A stretch of 64,000 bases of DNA from an uncultured Lachnospiraceae bacterium (GCA_946546945.1 CAMNOU010000012.1:24014-88013), one strand, 5' to 3'; counted from the stretch's first letter, positions 10,339-20,730 are shown. The notes: generated by a model not told the origin, from the letters alone. A program made the numbers and translations.

Positions 10339-11592
10339 TTACCCATTAATTTTCAGAGGGTATTTCCCGGTCAGACTGTCTACGATTGCCCGTGCTTTCG
10401 CTACGCCTTCTTCGCCTTCTTTGATCACAATCGCAATCGCCTCGGCAATCTGATCCATATCTTCCGTGTTCATGCCTCTGGAAGTCACGGACGGTGTGCC
10501 CAGACGGATTCCGCTTGTCACAAACGGGGATTTGGGATCGTTCGGAATCGTATTCTTATTTGCTGTGATATGCGCTTCATCCAAAAGCTTTTCGACTGCC
10601 TTCCCTGTAAGATCAAAAGGAGTCAGATCCACCAGCATCAGATGATTATCCGTACCTCCTGAAACAATTTTGATTCCGCGGTTCATGAGGCCTTTGCTGA
10701 GCGCCTGCGCATTGTTGACCACGCCCTGCTGATAGGTCCTGAACTCATCGCTGAGAGCCTCCTTGAAGCAAACAGCCTTCGCGGCGATCACGTGCATCAG
10801 AGGACCTCCCTGGATGCCCGGGAAAATTGCTTTGTTGAAGTTGAAATTGTTCTTTTCCATCGATTCTTTGGAAACCAGGATCATGCCGCCTCTGGGTCCG
10901 CGCAGTGTCTTATGGGTCGTTGTGGTCACTACATCCGCATAATGCATGGGGCTCGGATGAAGCCCTGCCGCGATCAGGCCGGCGATATGCGCCATGTCAA
11001 CCATCAGATAAGCCCCGACCTTATCCGCGATTTCACGGAAACGGGGGAAATCAATCGTACGCGCGTAAGCGCTCGCACCTGCGATAATCAGTTTCGGTCT
11101 GCATTCCAGCGCGATCTCTTCCACCTTATCATAATCGATAAATCCATCATCGTTGACCCCGTACGGTACGATATTGAAATATACTCCTGAAAAATTCACC
11201 GGTGAGCCGTGTGTCAGATGGCCGCCATGATCCAGGTTCATTCCCATCACCGTATCCCCCGGCTTCAGAAGAGCAAACTGAACGGCCATATTGGCCTGTG
11301 CGCCCGAGTGCGGCTGCACATTCACATACTCTGCGTCAAAAAGTTTTTTTGCGCGCTCAATAGCCAGATTCTCGACGATATCCACGCACTCGCATCCGCC
11401 GTAATATCGTTTCCCCGGATAGCCTTCTGCATATTTATTCGTCATAATACATCCCTGTGCCTGCATGACCGCCGGGCTTACCCAGTTCTCAGAAGCAATC
11501 AGCTCGAGATGATCATTCTGACGGTCATACTCCGCGTCAATCGCCGCAGCTACCTCAGGATCTACTGCTCTAATCTCATCTGTCTCGTACAT
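10339..11592 (-). CDS. glyA: serine hydroxymethyltransferase
   Basis: 417 aa. [20 protein letters not shown], and the PLP-lysine motif [14 protein letters not shown]. Confidence 0.97.
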   Translation of the reverse strand: MYETDEIRAVDPEVAAAIDAEYDRQNDHLELIASENWVSPAVMQAQGCIMTNKYAEGYPGKRYYGGCECVDIVENLAIERAKKLFDAEYVNVQPHSGAQANMAVQFALLKPGDTVMGMNLDHGGHLTHGSPVNFSGVYFNIVPYGVNDDGFIDYDKVEEIALECRPKLIIAGASAYARTIDFPRFREIADKVGAYLMVDMAHIAGLIAAGLHPSPMHYADVVTTTTHKTLRGPRGGMILVSKESMEKNNFNFNKAIFPGIQGGPLMHVIAAKAVCFKEALSDEFRTYQQGVVNNAQALSKGLMNRGIKIVSGGTDNHLMLVDLTPFDLTGKAVEKLLDEAHITANKNTIPNDPKSPFVTSGIRLGTPSVTSRGMNTEDMDQIAEAIAIVIKEGEEGVAKARAIVDSLTGKYPLKING

Positions 11593-11697
11593 TTCAAATC
11601 CTCCATTGTCCCCGGATCCGGCCTGCCTTCTGCCTGAAAATCAGGACGGATCTCCCATGACAGATATCTGTCAATTAATTTTTATTCACTGTGGAAC

Positions 11698-11726
11698 ATT
11701 ATAGACAATCCGGTATAGAATTTCAA
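11698..11726 (-). promoter_or_regulatory. sigma-A type promoter for glyA
   Basis: Minus strand TTGAAA, 17-nt spacer, TATAAT. Gives a ~100-nt leader. Confidence 0.6.
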
Positions 11727-11767
11727 CAAAAATATTATTTTTTTTAATCCTCCCCGGAGCCTGCCCG

Positions 11768-12901
11768 CTATTTCAGTCTTTCGGTGAAGTCTGCCATTGC
11801 TTCTGAAATTTTGATCTGCTGCGGACAGACAGCTTCACAGCTTCTGCATCCGATACATGCGGACGGACGCTTGTCGGCCGGAATCGCGCCGAGAGCCATC
11901 GGTGCAATGAATCCGCCATTGGTGAAGGCATGCTCATTGTATAAGGAAAGCAGTTTCGGTATATCCAGTTCCATCGGACAATGTGTCGTACAGTAACGGC
12001 ATGCCGTACACGGAAGCGCAATTCCTCTGGTCATCTCATCGCCGATCGCGAGCAGAGTATCCCACTCTTTTCCGGACAGCGGCGCTTCTGTTTGAAACGT
12101 CTCAATATTCTTTTTTGTCTGCTCATAATCAGACATCCCCGACAGGATCATCGTTACTTCCGGAATCGTCTGCAGAAAGCGGAAGGACCAGGCCGGTATT
12201 TCCTCAGTGGGTCTGAGTTCCCTCAGCTTTGCGGCATATTCAGCAGGAAGATCCGCCAGCTTTCCTCCGCGCAGGGGCTCCATGACCCAGACCGGAAGTC
12301 CGTATTCTTTTAACAGTTCAATTTTTGCCTCTGCATCCTGAAAATGATAATCGATCCAGTTCAGCTGAATCTGGCAGAACTCCATCCCGTTCCCGTATGC
12401 ATCCAGGAATCGTTTCATGACATCATAGCTTCCGTGCGCAGAAAATCCCAGATGCCGGATCCGGCCGTTCTTTTTCTGCTCCATCAGATAGGAATAGATG
12501 CCGTATTTTTCTTCATTCAGATAATAGTCTATGTTCAGTTCACAGACATTATGCACCAGATAAAAGTCAAAATAATCCACCTGGCATTTTTCCAGCTGTT
12601 TTTCAAAAATCTCTTTTACTTTCGGCATGTTGGACAAATCATACCCCGGAAACTTCGTTGCCAGATAGAACTGATTTCTCGGATATTTTTTCAGAGCCCG
12701 TCCCATCGCCAGCTCGGAATTGCCCTCGTGATATCCCCATGCTGTATCATAATAGTTGATTCCCGAAGAAAATGCGTAATCGACCATCGTCTGAACGGCA
12801 GCCTCATCAATCTGTCCGTCCTTGCCGTCAATCACCGGGAGGCGCATTGCGCCGAAGCCAAGTGCCGATAACTCTTTGTCTTTAAACTTTTTGTAAACCA
12901 T
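11768..12901 (-). CDS. aldo/keto reductase fused to a C-terminal 4Fe-4S ferredoxin-type domain
   Basis: Likely start is ATG at 12901 (MVYKKFKDKELSALGFGAMRLP, GAAAGGAG 7 nt upstream). C-terminus carries CTACRYCTTHCP and CIGCRSCEAVCP cluster motifs. Confidence 0.85.
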   Translation of the reverse strand: MVYKKFKDKELSALGFGAMRLPVIDGKDGQIDEAAVQTMVDYAFSSGINYYDTAWGYHEGNSELAMGRALKKYPRNQFYLATKFPGYDLSNMPKVKEIFEKQLEKCQVDYFDFYLVHNVCELNIDYYLNEEKYGIYSYLMEQKKNGRIRHLGFSAHGSYDVMKRFLDAYGNGMEFCQIQLNWIDYHFQDAEAKIELLKEYGLPVWVMEPLRGGKLADLPAEYAAKLRELRPTEEIPAWSFRFLQTIPEVTMILSGMSDYEQTKKNIETFQTEAPLSGKEWDTLLAIGDEMTRGIALPCTACRYCTTHCPMELDIPKLLSLYNEHAFTNGGFIAPMALGAIPADKRPSACIGCRSCEAVCPQQIKISEAMADFTERLK

Positions 12902-12935
12902 TGCTGTCTCCTTTCTTTTGCGAAAAATCACACTG

Positions 12936-13547
12936 TCATCTGCTGCCTGCAGCTGTAACAACCAGGATTCCGTCTGCATTCAGTTCAAGTGTCACACTTT
13001 CCAGATCTTTATTCTGCCCCAGCGGCTTTTCTTCCGAAGCCTGCCACTGGTAAAGTCCTTCGGGAGTCTGTTCGTACGGCCCGTAAACAGCCGTCAATTC
13101 TTCTGCCATAGCAGCAGCTTCTGTCCCGGTAACATCTGCTCTGTTATTTTTCCAGACCAGCGAGGAAACATAGTCCTGCCCTGAAAAGACAACCATTCCC
13201 TCCCGGTCAAATAAGGCCATAGAGGTGCCTCTCCCGATTTCATAAAAATCAGCCCCGATGTAAAAATAGTTGCCATAACTATTGTCGATCTCATCCGTAT
13301 TCCGGTTGACGGGCGCCCCGATGGCCGTGGTCAGGTAATCGACTACAATGGCATTCTGTGTCATATCTGCCTTTCCCGCTTCCACATTTCTATTGTGTTT
13401 TACGCATGAAATCACAATGATGATCATGATTGCCAGGAAAAACAAAAACGGCGGAATCAGCTGCCTTTTTGCATCCAGCCTGTGAACATGATAAAGTCTG
13501 ACTTCATGCTCTTCCCTGCGGTCTCTGTCTCCTCTTTGTTTTCTCAT
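12936..13547 (-). CDS. hypothetical membrane-anchored protein
   Basis: 203 aa. Basic N-terminus, one TM helix (IPPFLFFLAIMIIIVISCV), and an extracytoplasmic domain. I do not recognise a family. Confidence 0.5.
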   Translation of the reverse strand: MRKQRGDRDRREEHEVRLYHVHRLDAKRQLIPPFLFFLAIMIIIVISCVKHNRNVEAGKADMTQNAIVVDYLTTAIGAPVNRNTDEIDNSYGNYFYIGADFYEIGRGTSMALFDREGMVVFSGQDYVSSLVWKNNRADVTGTEAAAMAEELTAVYGPYEQTPEGLYQWQASEEKPLGQNKDLESVTLELNADGILVVTAAGSR

Positions 13548-13643
13548 CCACAGCCTCCTGTGCTTAACTTTGTCTGCAAAACGATTATATTATAACATTT
13601 TTTGATTTCCTGCACAATCTCTGATTAATCAATTGGAAAATGA

Positions 13644-13672
13644 TTGAGTTTTCTTCTTTAATAGCATATAAT
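13644..13672 (+). promoter_or_regulatory. sigma-A type promoter for cysK
   Basis: TTGAGT (13644-13649), 17-nt spacer, TATAAT (13667-13672). Confidence 0.6.
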
Positions 13673-13709
13673 ATTAAAATGCATGATTAGAGATAAAGGA
13701 GTTTTGAAA

Positions 13710-14639
13710 GTGATTTATAATAATGTTCTTGAGGCAGTCGGACATACCCCCATGGTGCGTCTGAACCGCATGAATAAACCGGAAAATGCTCAGATCCTCA
13801 TGAAATTTGAGGGATTAAATGTAGGCGGCTCCATTAAGACCCGCACTGCTCTGAATATGATCGAAGAAGCTGAACGCGAAGGGATTATCCATAAAGACAC
13901 GATCATTGTTGAACCGACCAGCGGAAACCAGGGAATCGGTCTGGCGCTGGTGGGCGCGGTAAAAGGCTACCGTACCATCATCGTGATGCCGGATTCCGTC
14001 AGCGAGGAAAGAAGAAAGCTCGTACGGCATTACGGCGCGGAGGTCATTCTCATTCACGACGCGGGCAATATCGGAGCATGTATCGAAGAATGTCTTGAGA
14101 CGGCTCTTCGCATGGCGCGAGAAGACAAAAACGTTTTCGTGCCTCAGCAGTTTGCCAATGAAAACAATACCAATGCGCACCGCCACCATACTGCTCTGGA
14201 GATTATGGAGCAGGTAGCCGGCCCCATTCACGGTTTTTGCTCCGGCATCGGCACCGGCGGCACGATCACCGGGATCGGCGAGGTCCTGAAGGCACAGAAC
14301 CCGGACATTGAAATCTGGGCAGTGGAGCCGGAAAACGCAGCTATTCTGGCCGGAGGCAACATCGGGACACATCTGCAGATGGGAATCGGCGACGGCGTCA
14401 TCCCGGATATTCTGAATCAGAACATCTATGATAACATTCATATCGTCTCAGATGAAGAAGCTCTTGAGACTGCGAAAAATCTTGCGCGTCAGGAAGGAAT
14501 CATGTGCGGGATTTCCAGCGGGACCAACGTTGCGGCGGCATTAAAGCTGGCAGAAAAGCTTGGGAAAGGCAAGACAGTCGTGACTGTTCTGCCCGACACG
14601 GCGGAGCGGTATTTTTCTACCCCCCTTTTTAAAGATTAA
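13710..14639 (+). CDS. cysK: cysteine synthase A (O-acetylserine sulfhydrylase)
   Basis: The ORF opens at 13683, but GTG at 13710 follows AAAGGAG by 8 nt and gives the usual (M)IYNNVLEAVGHTPMVRLN N-terminus. PLP-lysine motif GGSIKTR. Confidence 0.93.
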   Translation: MIYNNVLEAVGHTPMVRLNRMNKPENAQILMKFEGLNVGGSIKTRTALNMIEEAEREGIIHKDTIIVEPTSGNQGIGLALVGAVKGYRTIIVMPDSVSEERRKLVRHYGAEVILIHDAGNIGACIEECLETALRMAREDKNVFVPQQFANENNTNAHRHHTALEIMEQVAGPIHGFCSGIGTGGTITGIGEVLKAQNPDIEIWAVEPENAAILAGGNIGTHLQMGIGDGVIPDILNQNIYDNIHIVSDEEALETAKNLARQEGIMCGISSGTNVAAALKLAEKLGKGKTVVTVLPDTAERYFSTPLFKD

Positions 14640-14660
14640 AGACACAGGAGAGAACATGCG

Positions 14661-15845
14661 TTGAAAACAGAGTGGGCCAAAAGAAGGCATCGGTTATATC
14701 AGATCGTAGAGGTAGGTGCCTCTTTAGATTTCATCAGCAGATTCTATGATTTTTTCAGCACCTTTATGCTTATCCTGAATCTGGCAGTCAGTATTTTACT
14801 GACCTTCAACAAAATGGATTGCTATCATCCCGTCCTGAATATATTAGAAGAGATCACGGTCGCATTTTTCGCCGTCGACTACGGGCTTCGCCTGCTGACG
14901 GCAAAGAACGCGTTTGTCCATTATTCGGAAGGAAAATCACTGCTGAAGTATATCTTTTCGGTGGCAGGCATCATTGACCTGCTTTCCTTCCTGCCAAATT
15001 ACCTGCCCTTCTTCTTCCCGACGGGAGCGACCGTATTCCGCATGTTCCGTGTCATCCGCATCTTCCGGCTGTTCCGCCTGAATGCGTATTACGACTCAAT
15101 CAACGTCATCACGGAGGTCATCACCAGCAAGAAGCAGCAGCTTCTGTCCTCTGTTTTTATCATTTTCGTTCTGATGCTGGCATCCAGTCTGTGCATGTAC
15201 AGTCTGGAAAACGAGGCGCAGCCGGATGTCTTTACGAATGCTTTCTCCGGATTATGGTGGTCCGTCTCCACACTGCTCACCGTAGGATACGGAGATATCT
15301 ATCCGATTACCCCTCTGGGCAAGGCATTCAGTATTGTGATCACGTTTCTGGGCGTTCTGATCGTTGCCATCCCGACCGGTATTATTTCCGCCGGATTCGT
15401 CGAGCAGTACTCCAGATTAAAACAGCTTGGCGACCTGAATGATGAGCAGGACCTGCAGTTCATCCGGGTGCCTCTGCACAGCGGAGATTCCTGGATCGGG
15501 CAGAAAATCATGGATTTATATCTTCCGAAAGGAATGATCATCGCCCTGATCCAGCGCCGTTCGGAAATGCTGATCCCCCGCGGAGATGTCTCGCTCGAGG
15601 AGGGAGACACCATCATACTGGGCGCGGAATCCATCGGGAACACCCAGCCCCTGAATATCAAGGAAATTCTGATTGGCAGGACACATCCCTGGAATGGATC
15701 CGCCATCAAAGATCTGGATATTTCCAGGCAGACGTTTATCCTGATGATCCGGCGCCATGACAGCACCCTGATCCCGAACGGGGACCTGGTGATCCACGAT
15801 GGTGATGAAGTGATCCTTTATACAAAGAAGAAAACGGTTCTGTAA
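14661..15845 (+). CDS. voltage-sensor-containing K+ channel with two C-terminal TrkA-C/RCK_C domains
   Basis: 394 aa, TTG start after AGGAG. S4-like Arg ladder FRMFRVIRIFRLFRL and selectivity filter TVGYGD. Two repeats resemble the RCK_C fold. Confidence 0.85.
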   Translation: MKTEWAKRRHRLYQIVEVGASLDFISRFYDFFSTFMLILNLAVSILLTFNKMDCYHPVLNILEEITVAFFAVDYGLRLLTAKNAFVHYSEGKSLLKYIFSVAGIIDLLSFLPNYLPFFFPTGATVFRMFRVIRIFRLFRLNAYYDSINVITEVITSKKQQLLSSVFIIFVLMLASSLCMYSLENEAQPDVFTNAFSGLWWSVSTLLTVGYGDIYPITPLGKAFSIVITFLGVLIVAIPTGIISAGFVEQYSRLKQLGDLNDEQDLQFIRVPLHSGDSWIGQKIMDLYLPKGMIIALIQRRSEMLIPRGDVSLEEGDTIILGAESIGNTQPLNIKEILIGRTHPWNGSAIKDLDISRQTFILMIRRHDSTLIPNGDLVIHDGDEVILYTKKKTVL

Positions 15846-15858
15846 GCCAGATCCCCTC

Positions 15859-16830
15859 CTACTCTGCCAGAGTATCATTCAGCAGTGCCGCGCCGACCTC
15901 CACCTGGGTCTGATCCGGGTGCATGACATACACTCTCGTTCCCGGTGTGGAGTAAGTCGTCTCTTTCGAGCTGCTGCCGGAGATATAATAGGTCTCCACC
16001 TGCCATTCTTTGGAATCCGACAGCTGCATGAGCGCCAGATTGGAGATCAGCTCCTGCGGCATGTCTGTCTGGAAGCTGTCGGAAAAACTGGCCATCACGT
16101 TATCAAAATCCGCCAGGACCTCAGGCGATGTCATCTTATTCACCAGAGCCTTGACGACCTCCATCTGATTCTTTCCCCTCTGATAATCACCTGCCGCAAA
16201 TGCGTGGCGTTCTCTCGCGAAAGCCAGCGCCTCGATCCCGCTCAGATGATTCATTCCCTGCGTATAGTGTTTGATCGGTTCTACGGTAAAATCATACTCC
16301 GAATAGACATCTATCCCGCCGAGCTTATCGATAATATCCTCATATCCGCTGAAATTCACCCGAATATAGTAGTTGACATCCACACCATACAGATTTTCAA
16401 GTGCTCCGATCGAGCAGTCGATCCCGTAAAGTCCCGCATGGGTCAGCTTGTCTTTTGCATCTCCGCTTCCCGGAATCGTCACATAGGAATCACGGGGCGT
16501 ACTTACCAGCTGAATCTTTCTGGTACGGCGGTTGACAGCCGCAAGAATATTCACATCACTCCTGCTCTTAGTCTCCACCGGTCCGAATACATCAATGCCG
16601 CTGAAATACAGAATGAACGTCTCATCGCCCTGCATCTGCGGGGCTTCCGCCGTTTCTTCAGTTTTCTCTTCCTCCACGGGTACAGCCTCCGGCTGCTGAA
16701 CCGACATTTCCTGCACCGGCTGCTGCTCCTGACCGGAAGACGGCTCAGCCTCCTTATTCTGTCCGCATCCCGCGGCAAAAGAAAGGATCAGTCCTGTACT
16801 TAACAGAAGACCTAACAGTTTTTTTCTCAT
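15859..16830 (-). CDS. LytR-CpsA-Psr (LCP) family cell-envelope glycopolymer transferase, lipoprotein-type signal
   Basis: 323 aa. Lipobox LSFAAGC, and an LCP core (ILAAVNRRTRKIQLVSTPRDSYV...VNYYIRVNFSGYEDIIDKLGGIDV). Confidence 0.85.
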   Translation of the reverse strand: MRKKLLGLLLSTGLILSFAAGCGQNKEAEPSSGQEQQPVQEMSVQQPEAVPVEEEKTEETAEAPQMQGDETFILYFSGIDVFGPVETKSRSDVNILAAVNRRTRKIQLVSTPRDSYVTIPGSGDAKDKLTHAGLYGIDCSIGALENLYGVDVNYYIRVNFSGYEDIIDKLGGIDVYSEYDFTVEPIKHYTQGMNHLSGIEALAFARERHAFAAGDYQRGKNQMEVVKALVNKMTSPEVLADFDNVMASFSDSFQTDMPQELISNLALMQLSDSKEWQVETYYISGSSSKETTYSTPGTRVYVMHPDQTQVEVGAALLNDTLAE

Positions 16831-16852
16831 AAATTACCTCCGCTATTCGAAA

Positions 16853-16877
16853 TTCAAGTCTCTCACACTGAGATGAT
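16853..16877. repeat. short intergenic repeat (collapsed copy of the 61147-61198 element)
   Basis: ttcaagtctctcacactgagatgat equals 61147-61156 fused to 61183-61198. It looks like a deletion between two gtctc direct repeats. Confidence 0.75.
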
Positions 16878-16936
16878 TTCTGTGATCTATTGTAAATTAT
16901 ATCGAATAGAGCCAAAAACAGCAAGACAAGAATCAA

Positions 16937-16969
16937 GAACCCGGTCTCAGACATTCTGAAACCGGGTTC
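16937..16969 (-). terminator. rho-independent terminator after secDF
   Basis: Minus strand GAACCCGGUuUCAGAaugUCUGAgACCGGGUUC followed by a U-rich tract (UUGAUUCUUGUCUUGCUGUUUUU). Confidence 0.7.
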
Positions 16970-16984
16970 TCTTATCATAAAGCC

Positions 16985-19195
16985 TTATTTCTTTTTCTTT
17001 TTGCTTTTCGCTGCGGCTGCAGCTGCCTGCGCAGCTTCCTGCTTCTTTAACGATCTGGACTTGAAGATGTACCAGAGCGCGCCGGTGATAAATACGGATG
17101 AATAACCGCCGCAGATAACGCCGACCATCAGAGGTCCGGCAAATTCACGGATCGAAGATACACCCAGAATGAAGATCATCAATACCATGATAAATGTAGT
17201 CAGGGATGTATTGATGCTTCGCGACAGGGTCTGTGTGATACTGTCGTTCACCACGTTCTTCAGATCCAGCTTCCGGTTTCCTGCCTGAAGAGCCAGGTTC
17301 TCACGGATACGGTCGAAGATAACGATCGTCGCGTTGATGGAGTATCCGACCAGTGTCAGCATGCAGGCAATGAATGTCGTACCGACACTTGTCTTTGACA
17401 GTGCATAGAATGCCAGCACAACCAGCACATCGTGTACCAGCGCAATGACCGCACTGCCCGCAAAGCGGATATCCTTGAACCGGAACCAAATGTAGATCAG
17501 CATGCAGATCGTCGCTATAATGACGGCCCAGATGGCATCGGAACGCATCTCACTGCTGATGGTGGAGCTGATGTTCTGCGACTCGGCGATATCCTCCTCG
17601 GGAACATTGAAGTTCTCCTCCAGCATGTTGACGAATGCCTCCCTCTCCTCCAGATTCAGAGATCTGGTCTTGAATACAATGGAGTTGGAATCAGAGATCT
17701 TCTGTGTCTGGATATTTCCGTCACCGGTGATCTCTTCAATATAAGGCACGATCTCGGAATCAATTTCCTCAATGGTATAATCCTTATCAAAGGCTACCGT
17801 AGTTGATGTACCGCCCATAAACTCCAGGCTGAAATTCAGAACACTTCCGCTTCCTGCCTTATGAACGCCCATTCCGACAAATCCCGCCACGATGACAGCA
17901 ATGGAAATACCAAAGCAGATCAGGCGCTTTCCAATGAAATCCCAGGGCGTCTTCTCTTTCTTCTCACCATAGAGCTTCTTGTCCTGCATTCCCATGCCGT
18001 ACATCGCCTTCAGGATCCATCTGGTGATGACAAGCGCTGTGAACATGGAAATGATGATACCGATTGCCAGTGTGATGGCAAAACCGCGGATCGCACCGGT
18101 GCCGCGGATCCCGAGAACCGCTGCTGCGATCAGGGTCGTTACATTTCCGTCAAGGATGGCGGAAAAGGCCTTCTTAAAACCGGTCTTGATCGCCTGGCTG
18201 ACCGTCCGTCCCAGACCGATCTCCTCGCGGATTCGGGCAAAGATAATAACGTTCGCGTCGACGGCCATACCGATCGAAAGGATGATACCTGCAATACCCG
18301 GCAGGGTCAGTGTAATATGATACAAATGCAGAATCGACAGCACGATTCCGGTATAGATCAGCAATGCGATGGATGCTGCAATACCGGGGATCCGGTAGAC
18401 CGCAATCATAAACACGATGATGATCAGAATACCGATAACCGCAGCAATGATACTGTACTCCAGCGCCTGAGAACCAAGCTTCGCTCCGACTACTTCCGAC
18501 TGCAGCTCCTCAAGCTGAAGCTTCAGCGCGCCGCTTCGGATCTGTGTCGCCAGTATCTGCGCTTCCTCATAGTTCTTCATGCCGTTGATGACTGCCCGGC
18601 CGTCGGAAATGACATTCTGCACCTGCGGATAAGTGATGCACTCCCCGTCATAGTAAATGGGCAGATACCCATGCAGATACTGCTGTGTATAATCTGCGAA
18701 AATCTTCGCTCCCTCATTTGTCAGGGTCAGTTCAACCACATATTCGGTCGCTCCGGTCGTCTGATTCTGCTGTGACGCAGCCTGTGCATCCGCCACCTGG
18801 TCACCCGTCATATAGACTTCACCCTCGGCCGTCTGGAACTCCAGAGATCCGGGCGTACCCAGCTCTGACAGAATCGCGTTGGCATCGGACACTCCGGGAA
18901 TTTCTACCGCAATACGGTCATCTCCGACCTGATATACTTCTGCCTCCGTACTGAATGCGCTGACACGCTGCTGAAGCTGATAAATCGTGTCCGACATATC
19001 CTCCGGCGACGGGTCCTCATCGCCCGCGACCTCATAGGTGATGCTCACACCTCCGGCCAGATCAAGCCCGAGCTTGATGCCGGCATCACTGTCCTTTGCA
19101 ACAGTGCCTTTTACAATTCCGTACGAATAGTACCCCAGAAGCAATAGAATTGCCAGAAAAACGATAAAGAGTACTACCGCCTTGTTTTTCTTCAT
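16985..19195 (-). CDS. secDF: protein translocase subunit SecDF (fused)
   Basis: 736 aa with 12 predicted TM segments. A SecD-like half (GLDLAGG...) is followed by a SecF-like half (LNFSLEFMGGT). Confidence 0.93.
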   Translation of the reverse strand: MKKNKAVVLFIVFLAILLLLGYYSYGIVKGTVAKDSDAGIKLGLDLAGGVSITYEVAGDEDPSPEDMSDTIYQLQQRVSAFSTEAEVYQVGDDRIAVEIPGVSDANAILSELGTPGSLEFQTAEGEVYMTGDQVADAQAASQQNQTTGATEYVVELTLTNEGAKIFADYTQQYLHGYLPIYYDGECITYPQVQNVISDGRAVINGMKNYEEAQILATQIRSGALKLQLEELQSEVVGAKLGSQALEYSIIAAVIGILIIIVFMIAVYRIPGIAASIALLIYTGIVLSILHLYHITLTLPGIAGIILSIGMAVDANVIIFARIREEIGLGRTVSQAIKTGFKKAFSAILDGNVTTLIAAAVLGIRGTGAIRGFAITLAIGIIISMFTALVITRWILKAMYGMGMQDKKLYGEKKEKTPWDFIGKRLICFGISIAVIVAGFVGMGVHKAGSGSVLNFSLEFMGGTSTTVAFDKDYTIEEIDSEIVPYIEEITGDGNIQTQKISDSNSIVFKTRSLNLEEREAFVNMLEENFNVPEEDIAESQNISSTISSEMRSDAIWAVIIATICMLIYIWFRFKDIRFAGSAVIALVHDVLVVLAFYALSKTSVGTTFIACMLTLVGYSINATIVIFDRIRENLALQAGNRKLDLKNVVNDSITQTLSRSINTSLTTFIMVLMIFILGVSSIREFAGPLMVGVICGGYSSVFITGALWYIFKSRSLKKQEAAQAAAAAAKSKKKKK

Positions 19196-19215
19196 ATTAT
19201 TTCTCTACCTCCCGT

Positions 19216-20568
19216 TTATTCTGCTGCAGCTGCTTTTATCATAATCGCGCATTCGATCCGCTTCTTCTGAAGCTCGCAGCCGATATCGTATGCGTCGTTG
19301 ATATGTCCGTGAAAATGATAAGAGTTCGCTGCGCATCCGCCGCTGCAGTAGAACTTTGCGAAACAGCTGCGGCATTTTTCTTTTGCGTAAACATTGCAGC
19401 CTTTGAACTCGTCCCGGAGATCGGTCCGCGTCACGCCATCCCATACATTTCCCATCAAAAACTCTTCATTCCCGACGAACTGATGACAGGGATACAGATC
19501 TCCCCAGGGGGTCACGGCCAGGTACTCGGTACCGGAACCGCAGCCGGACAGACGCTTCGCGACACAGGGGCCGCCCTCCAGATCGATCATGAAATGGAAG
19601 AAATTAAAATCCTTTCCTTCCTTTTTTCTCCTGACCATCTCTGCCGCCAGCCTGTCATACTCTGAAAACAGCTTCGGCAGATCTTCTTCCCGGAGTGCGT
19701 ACTCCTCAGAGTCCTCCGCCACTACCGGCTCCACAGAAATCTGTTTGAATCCCAGATCCGCCAGATGAAGCACATCCTCGGAAAAATCCAGATTGTAGTG
19801 GGTATAGGTCCCTCTCACATAGTACCGTTCCTGATTTCTGCTCTCCGCAAATTTCTGAAACTTCGGTACAATCCGGTCATAGCTTCCCTGTCCTCCGCGG
19901 AAGGGCCGCATATGGTCGTTGACCTCTTTTCTGCCGTCTATGCTCAGGACGACATTGCCCATCTCACGGTTCGCAAATTCAATGACATCGTCATTGATCA
20001 GCACTCCGTTGGTCGTTAAGGTAAAACGGAACTTCTTGTCATGCAGCTTTTCCTGCTCCCGTCCGTATGCTACCAGATCCCTGACCACCTGCCAGTTCAT
20101 CAGCGGTTCGCCGCCGAAAAAATCCACCTCAAGATTCCGTCTGTGACCGGAATTCTCAATCAGAAAATCCAGCGCCTTTTTCCCGACTTCGAAGCTCATG
20201 AGCTCCCGGCGCCCGTGGTACTCTCCCTCCTCGGCAAAACAATACCGGCAGGCAAGATTACAGTCGTGGGCAATATGCAGACAAAGCGCCTTCACCACAG
20301 TCGGACGCTTCTTAAAGTCCATCATATAGTCTTCATACTCATCCGGTGTAAACAGTTCTCCGCCGCGGACCAGTTCTTCCACTTCTTCGTAAGCGTCAGC
20401 TAACTCATTCCGGTCATAGGAACTGCACAGTTTATCTATAATTTCTTCCTTTGAGAGCTCCTCGTAGTCCTGAATGATCTCATATGTCATATCATCCACT
20501 ACATGAATCGCCCCACTGTTCACATCGAGAACAATATTGTAACCGTTGTTCCGAAACTGGTGAACCAT
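19216..20568 (-). CDS. SCIFF radical SAM/SPASM thioether-forming peptide maturase
   Basis: 450 aa. CNLACRYC radical-SAM cluster motif and a C-terminal Cys-rich SPASM region (CGSG...CxxC...CSGGC). Lies immediately downstream of a SCIFF precursor. Confidence 0.9.
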   Translation of the reverse strand: MVHQFRNNGYNIVLDVNSGAIHVVDDMTYEIIQDYEELSKEEIIDKLCSSYDRNELADAYEEVEELVRGGELFTPDEYEDYMMDFKKRPTVVKALCLHIAHDCNLACRYCFAEEGEYHGRRELMSFEVGKKALDFLIENSGHRRNLEVDFFGGEPLMNWQVVRDLVAYGREQEKLHDKKFRFTLTTNGVLINDDVIEFANREMGNVVLSIDGRKEVNDHMRPFRGGQGSYDRIVPKFQKFAESRNQERYYVRGTYTHYNLDFSEDVLHLADLGFKQISVEPVVAEDSEEYALREEDLPKLFSEYDRLAAEMVRRKKEGKDFNFFHFMIDLEGGPCVAKRLSGCGSGTEYLAVTPWGDLYPCHQFVGNEEFLMGNVWDGVTRTDLRDEFKGCNVYAKEKCRSCFAKFYCSGGCAANSYHFHGHINDAYDIGCELQKKRIECAIMIKAAAAE

Positions 20569-20649
20569 ATTCTCTCTTTCTTCCTTTCAAGTAAGTACAT
20601 TCTTCGCAGGTCTCTTGCACATCCGTCGGGAATCCGTCCGTTCCCAACA

Positions 20650-20693
20650 GAAGAATAAACGAACAACAAGCCGCATGCGTTCTGGCATACGGC
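20650..20693 (-). terminator. intra-operon attenuator/terminator between SCIFF precursor and maturase
   Basis: Minus strand GCCGUAUGC-CAGAAC-GCAUGCGGC (9 bp, one U.G pair) followed by UUGUUGUUCGUUUAUUCUUC. Confidence 0.55.
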
Positions 20694-20730
20694 CGATTGG
20701 TTTCATTCCTCTATCAAACGATGTGTTCTC

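Noticed and set aside
16754-16978. 74-aa ORF (and 61101..61331, 76 aa) in repeat-containing leaders
   Set aside because: Neither has an RBS. The first spans the secDF terminator and the second spans repeat DNA. The only similarity between them is the shared nucleotide repeat.
17861-18775. 304-aa plus-strand ORF. Similar shadow ORFs occur at 15919..16803, 32626..33468, 39099..40028, 46889..47608, 54084..54701 and 57399..58100.
   Set aside because: All lie opposite confidently identified genes (secDF, LCP, folC/valS, mrp, trkA, lon, tig). Their composition is biased and they have no family resemblance.
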